From the NCBI GenBank assembly GCA_049509455.1, contig JBEKZX010000009.1:1-45309 (forward strand): DNA of 45,309 nucleotides, in the 5' to 3' direction. Both the position numbers and the translations under genes were made by a program. Below, one piece after another: positions 36,305-45,309 of this stretch (its first letter is position 1; each line of letters opens with the position of its first letter). Under the pieces are notes generated by a model that saw only the letters and a list, made by a program, of their open reading frames with translations, made no database searches and had not been told where the DNA came from. The stretch comes from Conexivisphaerales archaeon. Its GTDB lineage: Archaea; Thermoproteota; Nitrososphaeria; Conexivisphaerales; DTJL01.

Positions 36305-36832
36305 TTAAGGCCCTTTACAGCTACCCAGCGCCCCGCCGCGGCATCCTCCGCCTAGGTCCTTACGCAGCACGTTTTCGCCGGCGACGGCCTGCATTTCGAG
36401 CATCATGTAGACCGATCTCAGCCTGCCGTGGAGCTTCGACATTTCGCCGAAGCCCGTCTTCAAGAACCCCCTCGAATGGAAGAGGGAAAGTGAGGCCGCG
36501 TTGCCCTCCCTCACCGTGGCGTAGACAGAACCCACCTCCCTTGACTTGAAGTGCGCGAGAGCATCGTCCAGCAACCGGCTGCCCACCTCCCGCCTCCTGA
36601 ACTCTGGGAGGACCGCTACGTAGTACACGTATCCGATCCCCTCCCCCAGCTCCTTCAGCATGATTAGACCTGCCGTCGCTCCGCCGAGGGTCGCCGCATT
36701 CACCAGGCTCACCCTCTTGAGGGTCCTCCTGGAATGCCAAAGGTACCAGCCCTCGAAGCTCCCTCCGAGGATGGGCAGGAGGGAGTCCCTCTCCTCGGGA
36801 GGGACCTCCGCGATGCCAATCTCCCCTCTCAG
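36305..36832 (-). CDS. GNAT-family N-acetyltransferase
   Basis: YVAVLPEFRRREVGSRLL motif A; NAASLSLF..RGF; frame extends 40 codons upstream of the ORF-track start to a CTG overlapping the upstream TGA. Confidence 0.88.
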   Translation of the reverse strand: MRGEIGIAEVPPEERDSLLPILGGSFEGWYLWHSRRTLKRVSLVNAATLGGATAGLIMLKELGEGIGYVYYVAVLPEFRRREVGSRLLDDALAHFKSREVGSVYATVREGNAASLSLFHSRGFLKTGFGEMSKLHGRLRSVYMMLEMQAVAGENVLRKDLGGGCRGGALGSCKGP

Positions 36833-37653
36833 ATGGGGAACACCTTCTTGGCGTTGGAGTAGAGGACCCTGTCGAAGTCATCCCTGTGAAGCTTCAGCTT
36901 GCTCACGAAGGAGAGCGCCGACTGGTAGGTTTCCACGGGGTAGTCGGTGCCGAACAGGAACTTGTCGGCGCTTCCCGTGAAATAGATCGCATTGCTCACC
37001 CTTTCGGACAGGTACTCGATGTATTTGCTGGAGTACTTCGCCTCCACGGCGAAGAGGCCGGAGATGTCGGCGTATACGTTCCTGTGCTTGTAGACCAGCT
37101 CCGCCGCGTCTTCAACCCACGGGTTCCCCAAGTGGCAGACGACGATTTTCAGGGAGTCCCTAGCGTTCGCCAGAGCGTCGAGGTTAAGGGGATGGGCGTG
37201 TCGAAGGCTCGCGTTGGGGAGGCCCGTGTCGCCCGTGTGAAACATCACAGGGAGGCCCTCCGACTCGGCGAACTCGTAGAGGGGGGAGAAGACGGCGTCG
37301 TCAGGGTAGAAGGGGACGTAGCCCAATCGCACTTTGAACCCCTTCACTTCACCTCGATTCCTCTTTGCCGTCACGACGCACTCTCGCACGGCGGCGGGGC
37401 TGGGCTCGACTGTGAGGACGGGGAAGAGCCTGCCACGGCTCCTGGAGCAGAGGTCCAGGACGCGCTGATTCCCGACGATCGTGTTGTCTAGGAGGGGCGG
37501 ACTCAAGAGCAGTCCGGCCTCTACCCCGTTCTCCTCCATCAGGTGCAGTAATTCCTTCAGTTCATAGCGCAGGCCGTTGGCTTCCGCGAAGGGGCGCAGG
37601 GCATCACCGCGGAGCTCAGAGAGGTGAATATGGACGTCTATAATCCTGCTCAT
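36829..37653 (-). CDS. Amidohydrolase_2-family metal-dependent hydrolase
   Basis: IDVHIH, MFHTGD, CHLGNP, ADIS and FGTDYP motifs. Confidence 0.92.
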   Translation of the reverse strand: MSRIIDVHIHLSELRGDALRPFAEANGLRYELKELLHLMEENGVEAGLLLSPPLLDNTIVGNQRVLDLCSRSRGRLFPVLTVEPSPAAVRECVVTAKRNRGEVKGFKVRLGYVPFYPDDAVFSPLYEFAESEGLPVMFHTGDTGLPNASLRHAHPLNLDALANARDSLKIVVCHLGNPWVEDAAELVYKHRNVYADISGLFAVEAKYSSKYIEYLSERVSNAIYFTGSADKFLFGTDYPVETYQSALSFVSKLKLHRDDFDRVLYSNAKKVFPI

Positions 37654-37795
37654 GGAGACGCTTGATGTCATCAGAGGGACGCATTTATGTCGATAGGCTC
37701 TCCGATGGCGGCCCATTGCTTCCTAGGCCAATTCCACAGAGGCCTTGGCATCAGTCCCGCAGTAGGGCTCGAGAAGCTCAAGTTCTTGACCGAGG

Positions 37796-38104
37796 TCAGG
37801 GGACGGCGACAATCCCCTCCCTCAGCTTGCTTGAGATTTCGGGGAGAAGTTTCCCCGCGACGTCCTCCATCTTGAGCTGCTACCACTCCGAGGCACGGAT
37901 GACCTCAGAGAACCCCATCCGCTCGGCCAACACATATGCCTCCTTGGCCTGAGCCTCTTCTCCGGAGAAGACGGAATCGTGGAGGCGGGAAAGCAGGAAG
38001 ACCGTAGCGTAGATCGCCTGAGCCCTGGAAGCGCCCAACTCCGGGGGGCCCGTTCCAGGCACATGGGAGGTGGCAGAGGCGGTCGAGGTTATCAAGTGCT
38101 GCAC
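37796..38104 (-). pseudogene. Possible degraded helical protein with an in-frame TAG at 37880-37882
   Basis: ...EEAQAKEAYVLAERMGFSEVIRASEW*QLKMEDVAGKLLPEISSKLREG reads as continuous helical protein. Confidence 0.25.
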
Positions 38105-38298
38105 CTGCGGGGGCCGCTGCCCTACTAAGGCCGCCCAGAGTAAATCAGGGCTCTTGCTCTGCGGAGTGTTACGAAAAAAGAGTTCAGGAAACGCCAGCCC
38201 ACGTATTATGCTCTATACCACAGGGTCAGACGGACGAACTCCGGCTATGTGAAGAGGTTCGTCGGATATGAAGAGTCTGGATCGGTGAGGGTCTGTGC

Positions 38299-38682
38299 CT
38301 ATCCGACCAGCGTGGTGATTTCTTTTGCTATGCCGTGTTCGACGTGTTCGGTCCACAGCATCTCGGGGATGTCCACGGCCAAGAAGAGGACCGAAAGCAA
38401 GATAGCTTCGACCGCGGCGACCCCTATGTTCTGTATCCATTTCCCGATGCCGATATGCACGGTGAAGTCGTCGGGTTGACCCGTCAGGAGTATCGAGAAG
38501 GCACGGTCAGCCGAGACTATGTCCCTCAGGATGCCCGCCTTCTGCGCTTGAACGACGGTCCCAAGAGGAGGCGTCGCCATCTGCGTCTTGTATCCTTCAG
38601 ACTGCAGCTGCTGCACTATCTGCTGGGCCAACTGGTTCAGGTCCTTGTTCTTACCTTGAAAACGGAGCACTTTCTCTGGCAA
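38299..38682 (-). CDS. Conserved-looking hypothetical protein, 127 aa
   Basis: Clean ORF with coding-like codon use; C-terminal hydrophobic segment. Confidence 0.8.
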   Translation of the reverse strand: MPEKVLRFQGKNKDLNQLAQQIVQQLQSEGYKTQMATPPLGTVVQAQKAGILRDIVSADRAFSILLTGQPDDFTVHIGIGKWIQNIGVAAVEAILLSVLFLAVDIPEMLWTEHVEHGIAKEITTLVG

Positions 38683-38952
38683 TTGTGACTCGACCTGTGT
38701 GTTTCGTTCGCCTATTTAGGCGTTACCGGCGAACGGGTGTTGCCCGTGAATCATCTTACCAAGCAGAGAGCTGGGAATAATCTCCCTTTCACAGACCTGT
38801 CCATGACAAGTTACACCTGTGAGGATTGAGGCACCCACCGGGAACCCTTTTCGCTCTCGGTTGCCTCTCCCATACTGAAGCTCATCAGCTCCAAGCCCAT
38901 CCAGACGTCCTAGCTGCATGGCGCACAGATGAGCTCCATCCGCAGGGCAAGG

Positions 38953-39495
38953 TCAGTTGGTCAGGCGGGCGGGCTTCCCCTCCCCTATAGCCCTGGCATA
39001 GAGCCGAGAGTAGTCGACAAGAGAGATCGACATCAACACCAGGACACCAAAGAGCAGCACCAGGTTGAAGGGGCTGAAACCAATCAGGTAGGAGATCTCC
39101 ATGAGAAGAAGCATCAGCCTCGTGAATCGTCCTTCAAAGGTCGGAGGGAGAATCTCCCGTCCCCTCCTCATAAGGTCCAGGCCGCCCCCGACGATGACAG
39201 CTTCACGGGCTACAATCAGGACGGTTGCCCATACCGGAAAGAGCCCTGTCACGGAGAGGCTGACAAGGACCACGACCGCATGGATCTTGTCGACGGACGC
39301 GTCGAGGATCGCGCCGAATCTGGTCACCTGGTTCAGCCTGCGGGCTGTGAATCCGTCTGCGACGTCGGTGGATGCTGAGACCAGAAGCAGGAACGAAGCC
39401 AGGACCACGTTCCGGTTAAGTGCCGCGTAGACAAAGGGGACCAGAATGAGGATGCGGGATAGTGAGAGCGAATTAGGGATACTGAAAATCCCCAT
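38953..39495 (-). CDS. CDP-alcohol phosphatidyltransferase (PgsA-like)
   Basis: IPNSLSLSR; signature D-x2-D-G-x2-A-R-x8-G-x3-D-x3-D (DVADGFTARRLNQVTRFGAILDASVD). Confidence 0.93.
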   Translation of the reverse strand: MGIFSIPNSLSLSRILILVPFVYAALNRNVVLASFLLLVSASTDVADGFTARRLNQVTRFGAILDASVDKIHAVVVLVSLSVTGLFPVWATVLIVAREAVIVGGGLDLMRRGREILPPTFEGRFTRLMLLLMEISYLIGFSPFNLVLLFGVLVLMSISLVDYSRLYARAIGEGKPARLTN

Positions 39496-39816
39496 CTCCT
39501 CGCAGTCGGCACGCCGCGCTTATCAACGTTGAGAATTCGATCGTGGGTTCTCCGGCCGAATCGGCGCCGTGATCGCGAACCAGCATGCACGAGAGCCCTC
39601 GGGCTCGGCCTTCTTGGGAAGTCTGGCCGGGCCACGGGACATACGTCATGTTTCCGGGGGGTCTAGCTAATAGGGCTTGGACCCATCTCGGGACGAGCAC
39701 CGTAAGGCCTGCCATCCGCATATCGTAGCTGTCATCAGCGAAGGAAGGCATCGGTCGTCGATTTGCAAGAATCGGAACGTGGGAGGGACTTCAGGGCAGC
39801 GTTGTCATGGAGAGCC

Positions 39817-40602
39817 TCACCTTCCAACGAACGCGGGCTTCCTCTTTTCGATGAAGGCTTTCATCCCCTCCGTCCTGTCTTCCGTGTCGAAGCACTTGGC
39901 GTAGAGCTCGACCTCCTTCTTCCCCACTTCTCGTTCAATCAGTGAGAACGCCGAATTGACCAGGAGTTTGTTGTAGCCCGTCGCCACGGGCGCCAGGTTG
40001 AGGACCTTGGCGACCACCGACTTTGCCTCATTAAGGAGTCGGTCGGCCATCACTACCTTGTTGACCATCCCCATCTGAAACGCTTCGTCCGCGGAGATAG
40101 CCTCTGCGGTCATGAAGAGGTACTTAGCCCTCAGCGGCCCGACGACGTGGGGGAGGCGGCTGGTCCCTCCGAAGGGAGTGATGATCCCCATCCTGGCGGA
40201 CGGGTCACCGAACGACGCCTTCTCGGAGGCTATCACGATGTCGCAGGAGATGGCGAGGTCGCTCCCGGCCCCCAGGGCCGCGCCGTTCACGGCTGCGACT
40301 ATGGGCTTCGGGATTCCCTCCATCATCCTGAGGACCATGTGTGCCTTCTGGGCGAAGTCCTCCGCTTCTCTGCTCGTCATCTTCGCCATCGCCTTCACAT
40401 CGCCCCCCGAGCAAAAGGATCCCCCCGCCCCGGTAATGATCAGCGCGCGGTCGGCACTCTCACTAGAGAACTCGTCGAGCACGCGCGCGAGCTCGGTCAA
40501 CGTCTGCTTTCTCAGCGCGTTCAGGACCTCCGGCCTATTCAGCGTCACGACTACCAGACCTCCATCCCTTCCGACGAGGAGGTCTTCAAAGCTCTTGGCC
40601 AT
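39817..40602 (-). CDS. Enoyl-CoA hydratase/isomerase (crotonase) family protein
   Basis: TLNRPEVLNAL, FCSGGD, KPIVAAVNG..LGAG and RTEGMKAFIEKRKPAF motifs. Confidence 0.93.
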   Translation of the reverse strand: MAKSFEDLLVGRDGGLVVVTLNRPEVLNALRKQTLTELARVLDEFSSESADRALIITGAGGSFCSGGDVKAMAKMTSREAEDFAQKAHMVLRMMEGIPKPIVAAVNGAALGAGSDLAISCDIVIASEKASFGDPSARMGIITPFGGTSRLPHVVGPLRAKYLFMTAEAISADEAFQMGMVNKVVMADRLLNEAKSVVAKVLNLAPVATGYNKLLVNSAFSLIEREVGKKEVELYAKCFDTEDRTEGMKAFIEKRKPAFVGR

Positions 40603-40871
40603 GGTCACAACAGGACGAATAACTCGTCCTTATGTGCCTTCCCTGCCTTGGACGAGCCATCGACTAGCGAGCGCTCCGTACTAGAACCAAATCACTCCTA
40701 GGCAAGACTTGGCAGCACTGAGGGAACTAGAGCATGGACATACCCTCTTCGCGCGAGTAATGCCTGCTTTTTGAGCGCTCGTCCATAGGGGCTGCACTAG
40801 TTCGGGGGACGGAAAACGTTCTTATCAAGCCACTTCCCCACACAACTGGAGACAAAGGAGGCGCATGTAAG

Positions 40872-41279
40872 ATGACAGGATATTTCGGGTCGATCGAGAA
40901 GCAGACGTTGAAGAATAGATACTTTAGGCAGGTCTTGTTCACGGGGAAGCACGCACAGCTGGTCGTGATGTGCCTGAAGAAAGGGGAGGAGATAGGAAAC
41001 GAAGTGCACATTAACGTTGACCAGTTCTTCCGGATAGAGAAGGGAGAGCTCAAGTTCGTCCTCAACAACGGGAAGGAGACTCACCTAGCGAAGGATGGGG
41101 ATGCGGTGATCGTGCCGGCCGGCACCTGGCATAACGTAATCAACGTTTCGAAGGGCGAGTCAAAGCTTTACACGGTCTACTCCCCGCCGAACCATCCGGA
41201 CGGAACCATCCACAAGACCAAGGCGGAAGCGGAGAAGGCTGAGGAGGAAGAGCACAAGGCCAGCGGAGGCCAACGGTAG
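40872..41279 (+). CDS. Cupin-domain protein
   Basis: QLVVMCL..GEEIGNEVH..DQFF.IEKG and IVPAGTWHNV motifs. Confidence 0.92.
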   Translation: MTGYFGSIEKQTLKNRYFRQVLFTGKHAQLVVMCLKKGEEIGNEVHINVDQFFRIEKGELKFVLNNGKETHLAKDGDAVIVPAGTWHNVINVSKGESKLYTVYSPPNHPDGTIHKTKAEAEKAEEEEHKASGGQR

Positions 41280-41564
41280 TTACCATACGCACGCATAGGC
41301 CTACAAACCCCTGTTCCAAAGGGCCTTGGGCATCTATTGAGGGAGAGAATTACTGAATCATCAAAATACATTCCAACGGCCGACACGACAATCCGACTTC
41401 TGCTTGAGGATCTCCTATGCCGTGAGGTGTCCTTCGTGGTCGGGGGGGGAAGACGTGGGCGAATAGGGAGGCAGCTAGAAGTCGTCTGTCTAGCGACCTT
41501 ACTCGATGCGGCCTCGACACTTCCAATAACGGGACTGTAATCCCTAGGCGCAGCACAGGAGATT

Positions 41565-41786
41565 TCAGTGAAGCCGTCGCCTTGAGTGCGACATCCTGGT
41601 CGTCAGCACCAGCAAGAGAATGACCGCTGCGGAGATCGCAACCAGCCAGCCGGCACCGATGCCACCGCCGAAAGCCCCGGAGGGGAAAGACCCATCCAGC
41701 CAGCTCCACAAGGCGGCAGTGGCGATCGCGACGATAACGAGACCTATCGCTACTGACCACCAATCTCTCCCTCTTTCTCCGGCCAA
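41565..41786 (-). CDS. Small two-TM membrane protein
   Basis: Two hydrophobic helices separated by a Gly-rich loop; basic tail. Confidence 0.6.
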   Translation of the reverse strand: MAGERGRDWWSVAIGLVIVAIATAALWSWLDGSFPSGAFGGGIGAGWLVAISAAVILLLVLTTRMSHSRRRLH

Positions 41787-41878
41787 TTCACATTTGGAGA
41801 GGTTCCCTTCGGATATACGCCTTCTCTACAGGGGCCGCAACGGGCTCGCTTGGCGGACAGCGGGAGAGGCCGGGCGAG

Positions 41879-42658
41879 CTAGCCCAGGAGCGGGGAGATG
41901 GACTGGAGCAATGCGTCTTCGTAATGGACGTGGTTGACGAAGTGGTTGTTGGGGTCTTGGATCAGCACGTACTCCCAGTAGAACGTGAACAGGCCGAAGG
42001 TCACTATCGAAAGTATGAGGTATAGGACGAAGCTCCTACTGGGGATTCCGTTGTACCTGTTGAAGGTGAAGGTGGAGCCGAGCGCAGAAAGCGCCCGCGT
42101 AGCGTCCGCCAGCATCCCGTCCTCCCTCCTCTCATGCTTGAAGAAGTCGCCCGTCAGGAAGTAGAGGATGTAGAGGCCGGCGATGATACTGACTACCGGT
42201 ATTATGTACAGGATCACCCAGAGCACGGCGCTCTTCTCGGTCTCTTCGATCTGGGCCTGACGCGACGTCGCCTCCATCGAACCGAGGTACGCCTCGACGT
42301 TCGCCCCCTTCCTGGACGCCGCCTCCCTTAGGGCCAAAGCCAGGTCAGCGAAGAACCTTTGTTGCCTCGCGAAGTGCTGGTTGCGCCTCCTGATTAGAAG
42401 GTAGATAACGTAGAGGAAGGCCACGTAAAGGGTCAGGAACCCGACGAAGACGAACACGGTGGTGCCGGCAAACAGGCCGACGGTGGAGGGGAGAGTGGGA
42501 GTGGAGGGGAAGGTATAGGAAGAGCCGGAACTCGTGCTAGAGAACGCCGTAACAAAGAAGACGAGAATCAAGGCCGCCCAGACAAGGGCAAGGAATGCAG
42601 CGACGACGGGCAGAAGTATCCACAGAGGGGAGACCTTCGTGTCGGTCATCACCCTCAT
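41879..42658 (-). CDS. DUF4234-like membrane protein
   Basis: Repeated motifs KSAVLWVILYII...YILY and RSFVLYLILSIVTFGLFTFYWEY; ATG 42658 or 42649. Confidence 0.75.
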   Translation of the reverse strand: MRVMTDTKVSPLWILLPVVAAFLALVWAALILVFFVTAFSSTSSGSSYTFPSTPTLPSTVGLFAGTTVFVFVGFLTLYVAFLYVIYLLIRRRNQHFARQQRFFADLALALREAASRKGANVEAYLGSMEATSRQAQIEETEKSAVLWVILYIIPVVSIIAGLYILYFLTGDFFKHERREDGMLADATRALSALGSTFTFNRYNGIPSRSFVLYLILSIVTFGLFTFYWEYVLIQDPNNHFVNHVHYEDALLQSISPLLG

Positions 42659-42890
42659 CTCAGCGTCCTCCCTCAGGTTCTGAAGAGTAGCGGACAACAC
42701 ATGCTTATAGCCGCATGAAAGTAATAAAGGTTCGTGAGGGGGGAGACCGTTCAGCCAGGACCGGCTTCCCCGTAAGCCGATCAACCCTGCCGCAGGATGC
42801 TGCCCCGCCATGCTAAGGAAGCCTAGGCGCGAGGAGTTTGGTATTCCTGCGATTCTGAGGATCAGAAGGCTACCCTTCTTTGGCCGACTC

Positions 42891-43070
42891 TTATACGGTC
42901 TGCGTCCCGTGAAACCGCCGTCCGGCTGTCATTTCTCGATACGGGAAGTACAGCAGGCCTGCCACGAAAAACAAGACGTAATAGCTCAAGTCTGCGCCGC
43001 CGAACCATCCGAAGAGAGCCGTATACAAAGGCAAAGCGGAAACGGAGAAGGCTGAGGACCAGATGTTCAC
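42891..43070 (-). pseudogene. C-terminal fragment resembling an NCS1 purine/cytosine permease
   Basis: Not in the ORF track: VNIWSSAFSVSALPLYTALFGWFGGADLSYYVLFFVAGLLYFPY; GGADLS...AGLLY resembles NCS1 C-termini. Confidence 0.4.
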
Positions 43071-43197
43071 ACATCTTGTATGCCTTGCAATATTTTAGAG
43101 CAAATCATAAGCCTTATTAGGGTAGTGCGACAACAACTAAGAGGCTCCCACAAAACAGGTCCGATTCTAGTGATTCTGGAGAGGAGGAGCGTCAGAA

Positions 43198-43626
43198 TTG
43201 CACAGAAAGCAACACAAAGAATGGCCGGAACTGGTAGGCCCGCCTGACCCTCAGGTGGGCGCCGTCGGCTTCGTCAAGCTTCTAGACGTCCAGGTCGACG
43301 GCATCACCTCCCCTAAGCTGCGTCACGTGATCAAGAGGTACCTCAGGAGGACCGGGTTCCGCGACTTGGTCATCGAGCACCTGTCTGGCGATGCCTACAC
43401 AAGCCTTCGACTTGTGGCGCGAGGTCGTCCCGTCCTCCCCCTTAGCTCGGAGCAGCTCGAAAGGGTCCTCTACCTCTACCACTCCGTTCTTTACCTCCTC
43501 GGCAGCAGGATCAGGGGACCGCTTCCCCTTATGACGGCGGCCGACGCGGAGTCCCTGAGGCTGTTGCTGGCCAAAGAGGACCCCCACCTGCGCAGGGTGT
43601 ACTACTCGCAACCCCCCGCGGCGTAG
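43198..43626 (+). CDS. Hypothetical protein, 142 aa
   Basis: Clean ORF with GAGGAGG SD before TTG. Confidence 0.65.
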   Translation: MHRKQHKEWPELVGPPDPQVGAVGFVKLLDVQVDGITSPKLRHVIKRYLRRTGFRDLVIEHLSGDAYTSLRLVARGRPVLPLSSEQLERVLYLYHSVLYLLGSRIRGPLPLMTAADAESLRLLLAKEDPHLRRVYYSQPPAA

Positions 43627-43639
43627 CTCGAGGGTAATT

Positions 43640-43846
43640 TCACCTGTTGGGTGCCCTTCTCCTGGCCTTTATAAGAGGAGCGAAATAGGCCCCGAACGTC
43701 TTGCCGTACTTCGCCTTGAAGCAGCCATCGAAATACTCCCTTTCCTCCTTCTTGGAGTGCCTATAGAAGTCCAAGACATTCACGAACCTTTCGGCGGTGT
43801 CGCAGTACCTCTCCATTACATACTTGTATTCTGGCGATATCCCCAT
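43640..43846 (-). CDS. Small hypothetical protein, 68 aa
   Basis: Coding-like composition; AAGATAAAAG TATA-like sequence about 30 nt upstream. Confidence 0.6.
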   Translation of the reverse strand: MGISPEYKYVMERYCDTAERFVNVLDFYRHSKKEEREYFDGCFKAKYGKTFGAYFAPLIKARRRAPNR

Positions 43847-44080
43847 TCCGAATGATATTGCACGGAGGTGGCTTTTATCTTTGGGGTTCTCCGATTGTGT
43901 CTAAATCGAAACCATGTATATCCCCGACGGCATAAGCCTTCGGAGCTCCTGCCCGCCTTTTCCCCGCGATAGGTGAGGCCGTCAGACAGGAGCTAGCGGG
44001 ACGGCTGGGGGACTGGAATGACTGGGCTGAACTCAAGAATTTCCCATATGCCAGATACGCACCCTGTCACGTTCGTGTGG

Positions 44081-44227
44081 CTAAGGCTTCGCGTATGCCT
44101 CTGTGACGTCGCGGGCCGTAACGATTTTGACGATCTTGCCGTCCCTAGTCAGGGGGAGCCTCTCGATCTTGTTCTTCTTCGTCAGGGTCACTGGCTCCTC
44201 CACGATGCACTTTAGAGGGGCGCTTAT
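44081..44227 (-). pseudogene. Isolated half CBS-domain relic
   Basis: Not in the ORF track: ISAPLKCIVEEPVTLTKKNKIERLPLTRDGKIVKIVTARDVTEAYAKP*. Confidence 0.55.
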
Positions 44228-44526
44228 GCCGAGGGGCCGGTCTTGGTCGTCTTCTTCAAAACATAATCGAAGAACTTCTGTGTCGTTCCATCGTCAGAGG
44301 CCCACTCGGCTCGCAACCTTGTCTTCTTCTCCGCTCTTCTCAACGCGGAAAGGAGAGAGCGGTTCAGCTCCTTTGCGCTTTCACCGTCCATCTCCGCCTC
44401 GACGACGAACTCGTTTCCTGCCTCTTTTACGGAGCCCGTCTTAATGGCCTGCTCAAGGACGGGCTTGATCGCCTTCAGATTCGAACTGCTCACTCTTGCC
44501 ACGACCCTGAAATGCCTGCTCACCAT
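44224..44526 (-). CDS. Hypothetical alpha/beta protein, about 100 aa
   Basis: Coding-like ORF with KKTRLRAEW motif; ATG 44526 preferred. Confidence 0.75.
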   Translation of the reverse strand: MVSRHFRVVARVSSSNLKAIKPVLEQAIKTGSVKEAGNEFVVEAEMDGESAKELNRSLLSALRRAEKKTRLRAEWASDDGTTQKFFDYVLKKTTKTGPSA

Positions 44527-44720
44527 CTGCGGCTCTACGTCGAGGCGACCCAACGCTTAGAAAAGCGTTTCCTCAACGCTACGCTTATCTCGTCGGCGCA
44601 ACTTCCATTGTCTGCTCCGATTTTGTCGGAAGACGAAACAGCTAGGCGCCAGCAGCTGAAAAAGAAGGCCCGGCGGAGGATCAGAGGCCCCTACAGGAAG
44701 TCCTCGACAGCGACCGACCG

Positions 44721-45047
44721 CTAGAGGCGGACGAAGACCTCGTCCCCGCGCACGGAGGTCTCATATCTTGTGGCGGGCTCGATACTGGAGGGATCACTTT
44801 CGTCGGGGCCCAATAGGACCCTGCCGCTCCTGACGTCGAATTCGGCGCCGTGCTCCGGGCATTTCAGAACGTAGTCGCTGAGGGTCCCCGAAGACAGGTC
44901 GCCCTGTTCATGAGTGCACTGGTTCTGAATGGCGTAGAAGCTTCCTTCGACGTTAACGATGGCAATCTCCTTCTTCTTGATCTTGAAGAACCTCTTCTCG
45001 CCCGAAGGGACATCAGCGACCGAGCACACTCTTTCGAATTCAGCCAA
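44721..45047 (-). CDS. Rieske [2Fe-2S] ferredoxin
   Basis: CTH...CPEHG..FD Rieske motifs. Confidence 0.95.
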   Translation of the reverse strand: MAEFERVCSVADVPSGEKRFFKIKKKEIAIVNVEGSFYAIQNQCTHEQGDLSSGTLSDYVLKCPEHGAEFDVRSGRVLLGPDESDPSSIEPATRYETSVRGDEVFVRL

Positions 45048-45162
45048 TCGACATCACATCCAGAAAAGCCAGGCCAATCTCTTATACGCGTTGTTGACTT
45101 TGCGCCTGTAGTGCGTATTTCGCACTTCCCTTTTATAGAGAAAACCGGTGCTTGGGCTTGAA

Positions 45163-45309
45163 ATGGAAAGATGGAAGCTCGAATGTGCCCAGTGCGGGAA
45201 CAGCGCAATGGTGGAGCGGGGGTCCTATGCGGGTGACCAGTCCTACACCGACCTGAACGAAGACTTCGCCCTGTTCAGGGTCTTCACCTGCCCTGTGCAC
45301 CGGGGATGG
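45163..45309 (+). CDS. Putative Zn-binding small protein; partial, runs off the window edge
   Basis: MERWKLECAQCG...FTCPVH, open to the window end; TTTTATA upstream. Confidence 0.65.
   Translation, partial: MERWKLECAQCGNSAMVERGSYAGDQSYTDLNEDFALFRVFTCPVHRGW

Noticed and set aside
40610-40790. GGACGAGC/GCTCGTCC inverted repeats about 120 nt apart (MITE-like)
   Set aside because: Short, GC-rich, no target-site duplication and no second copy in the window
1-45309. CRISPR arrays, transposases/integrases, rRNA and tRNA genes
   Set aside because: None recognised by eye on either strand; a tRNAscan-SE/Infernal run would be the decisive check

Overview
About 45 kb of GC-rich (roughly 60%) archaeal chromosome. 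The gene set (S25e, aIF1, DHS, tRNA-intron lyase, apgM, ATP-dependent ligase, DUF1512) and the style of the DUF47 protein suggest Nitrososphaerota/TACK, possibly a basal non-ammonia-oxidising lineage; this is inference. Most of the window is housekeeping and metabolic genes. I found no rRNA, tRNA, CRISPR array or intact transposase/integrase. Most notable: (1) a tightly coupled four-gene methionine/C1 operon at 31.9-36.2 kb with a split MetE (N-half and C-half), a second MetE-core protein fused to a C-terminal DUF4346-like domain, and a MetF-like flavoprotein; (2) several apparent pseudo-enzymes or altered-specificity enzymes (GH57 lacking its nucleophile, crotonase lacking both catalytic Glu, divergent AroE, stand-alone CDC48 N-domain); (3) an iteron-like TGAC array next to a frameshifted HTH/coiled-coil relic at about 12 kb; (4) a roughly 330-nt structured intergenic segment beside the DNA ligase gene; (5) heavy TTG start usage plus two genes that seem to need CTG or ATA starts; (6) several small gene relics. 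All family assignments come from motif recognition by eye; no database search was run. Many starts are adjusted from the ORF track using SD, TATA and overlap evidence.
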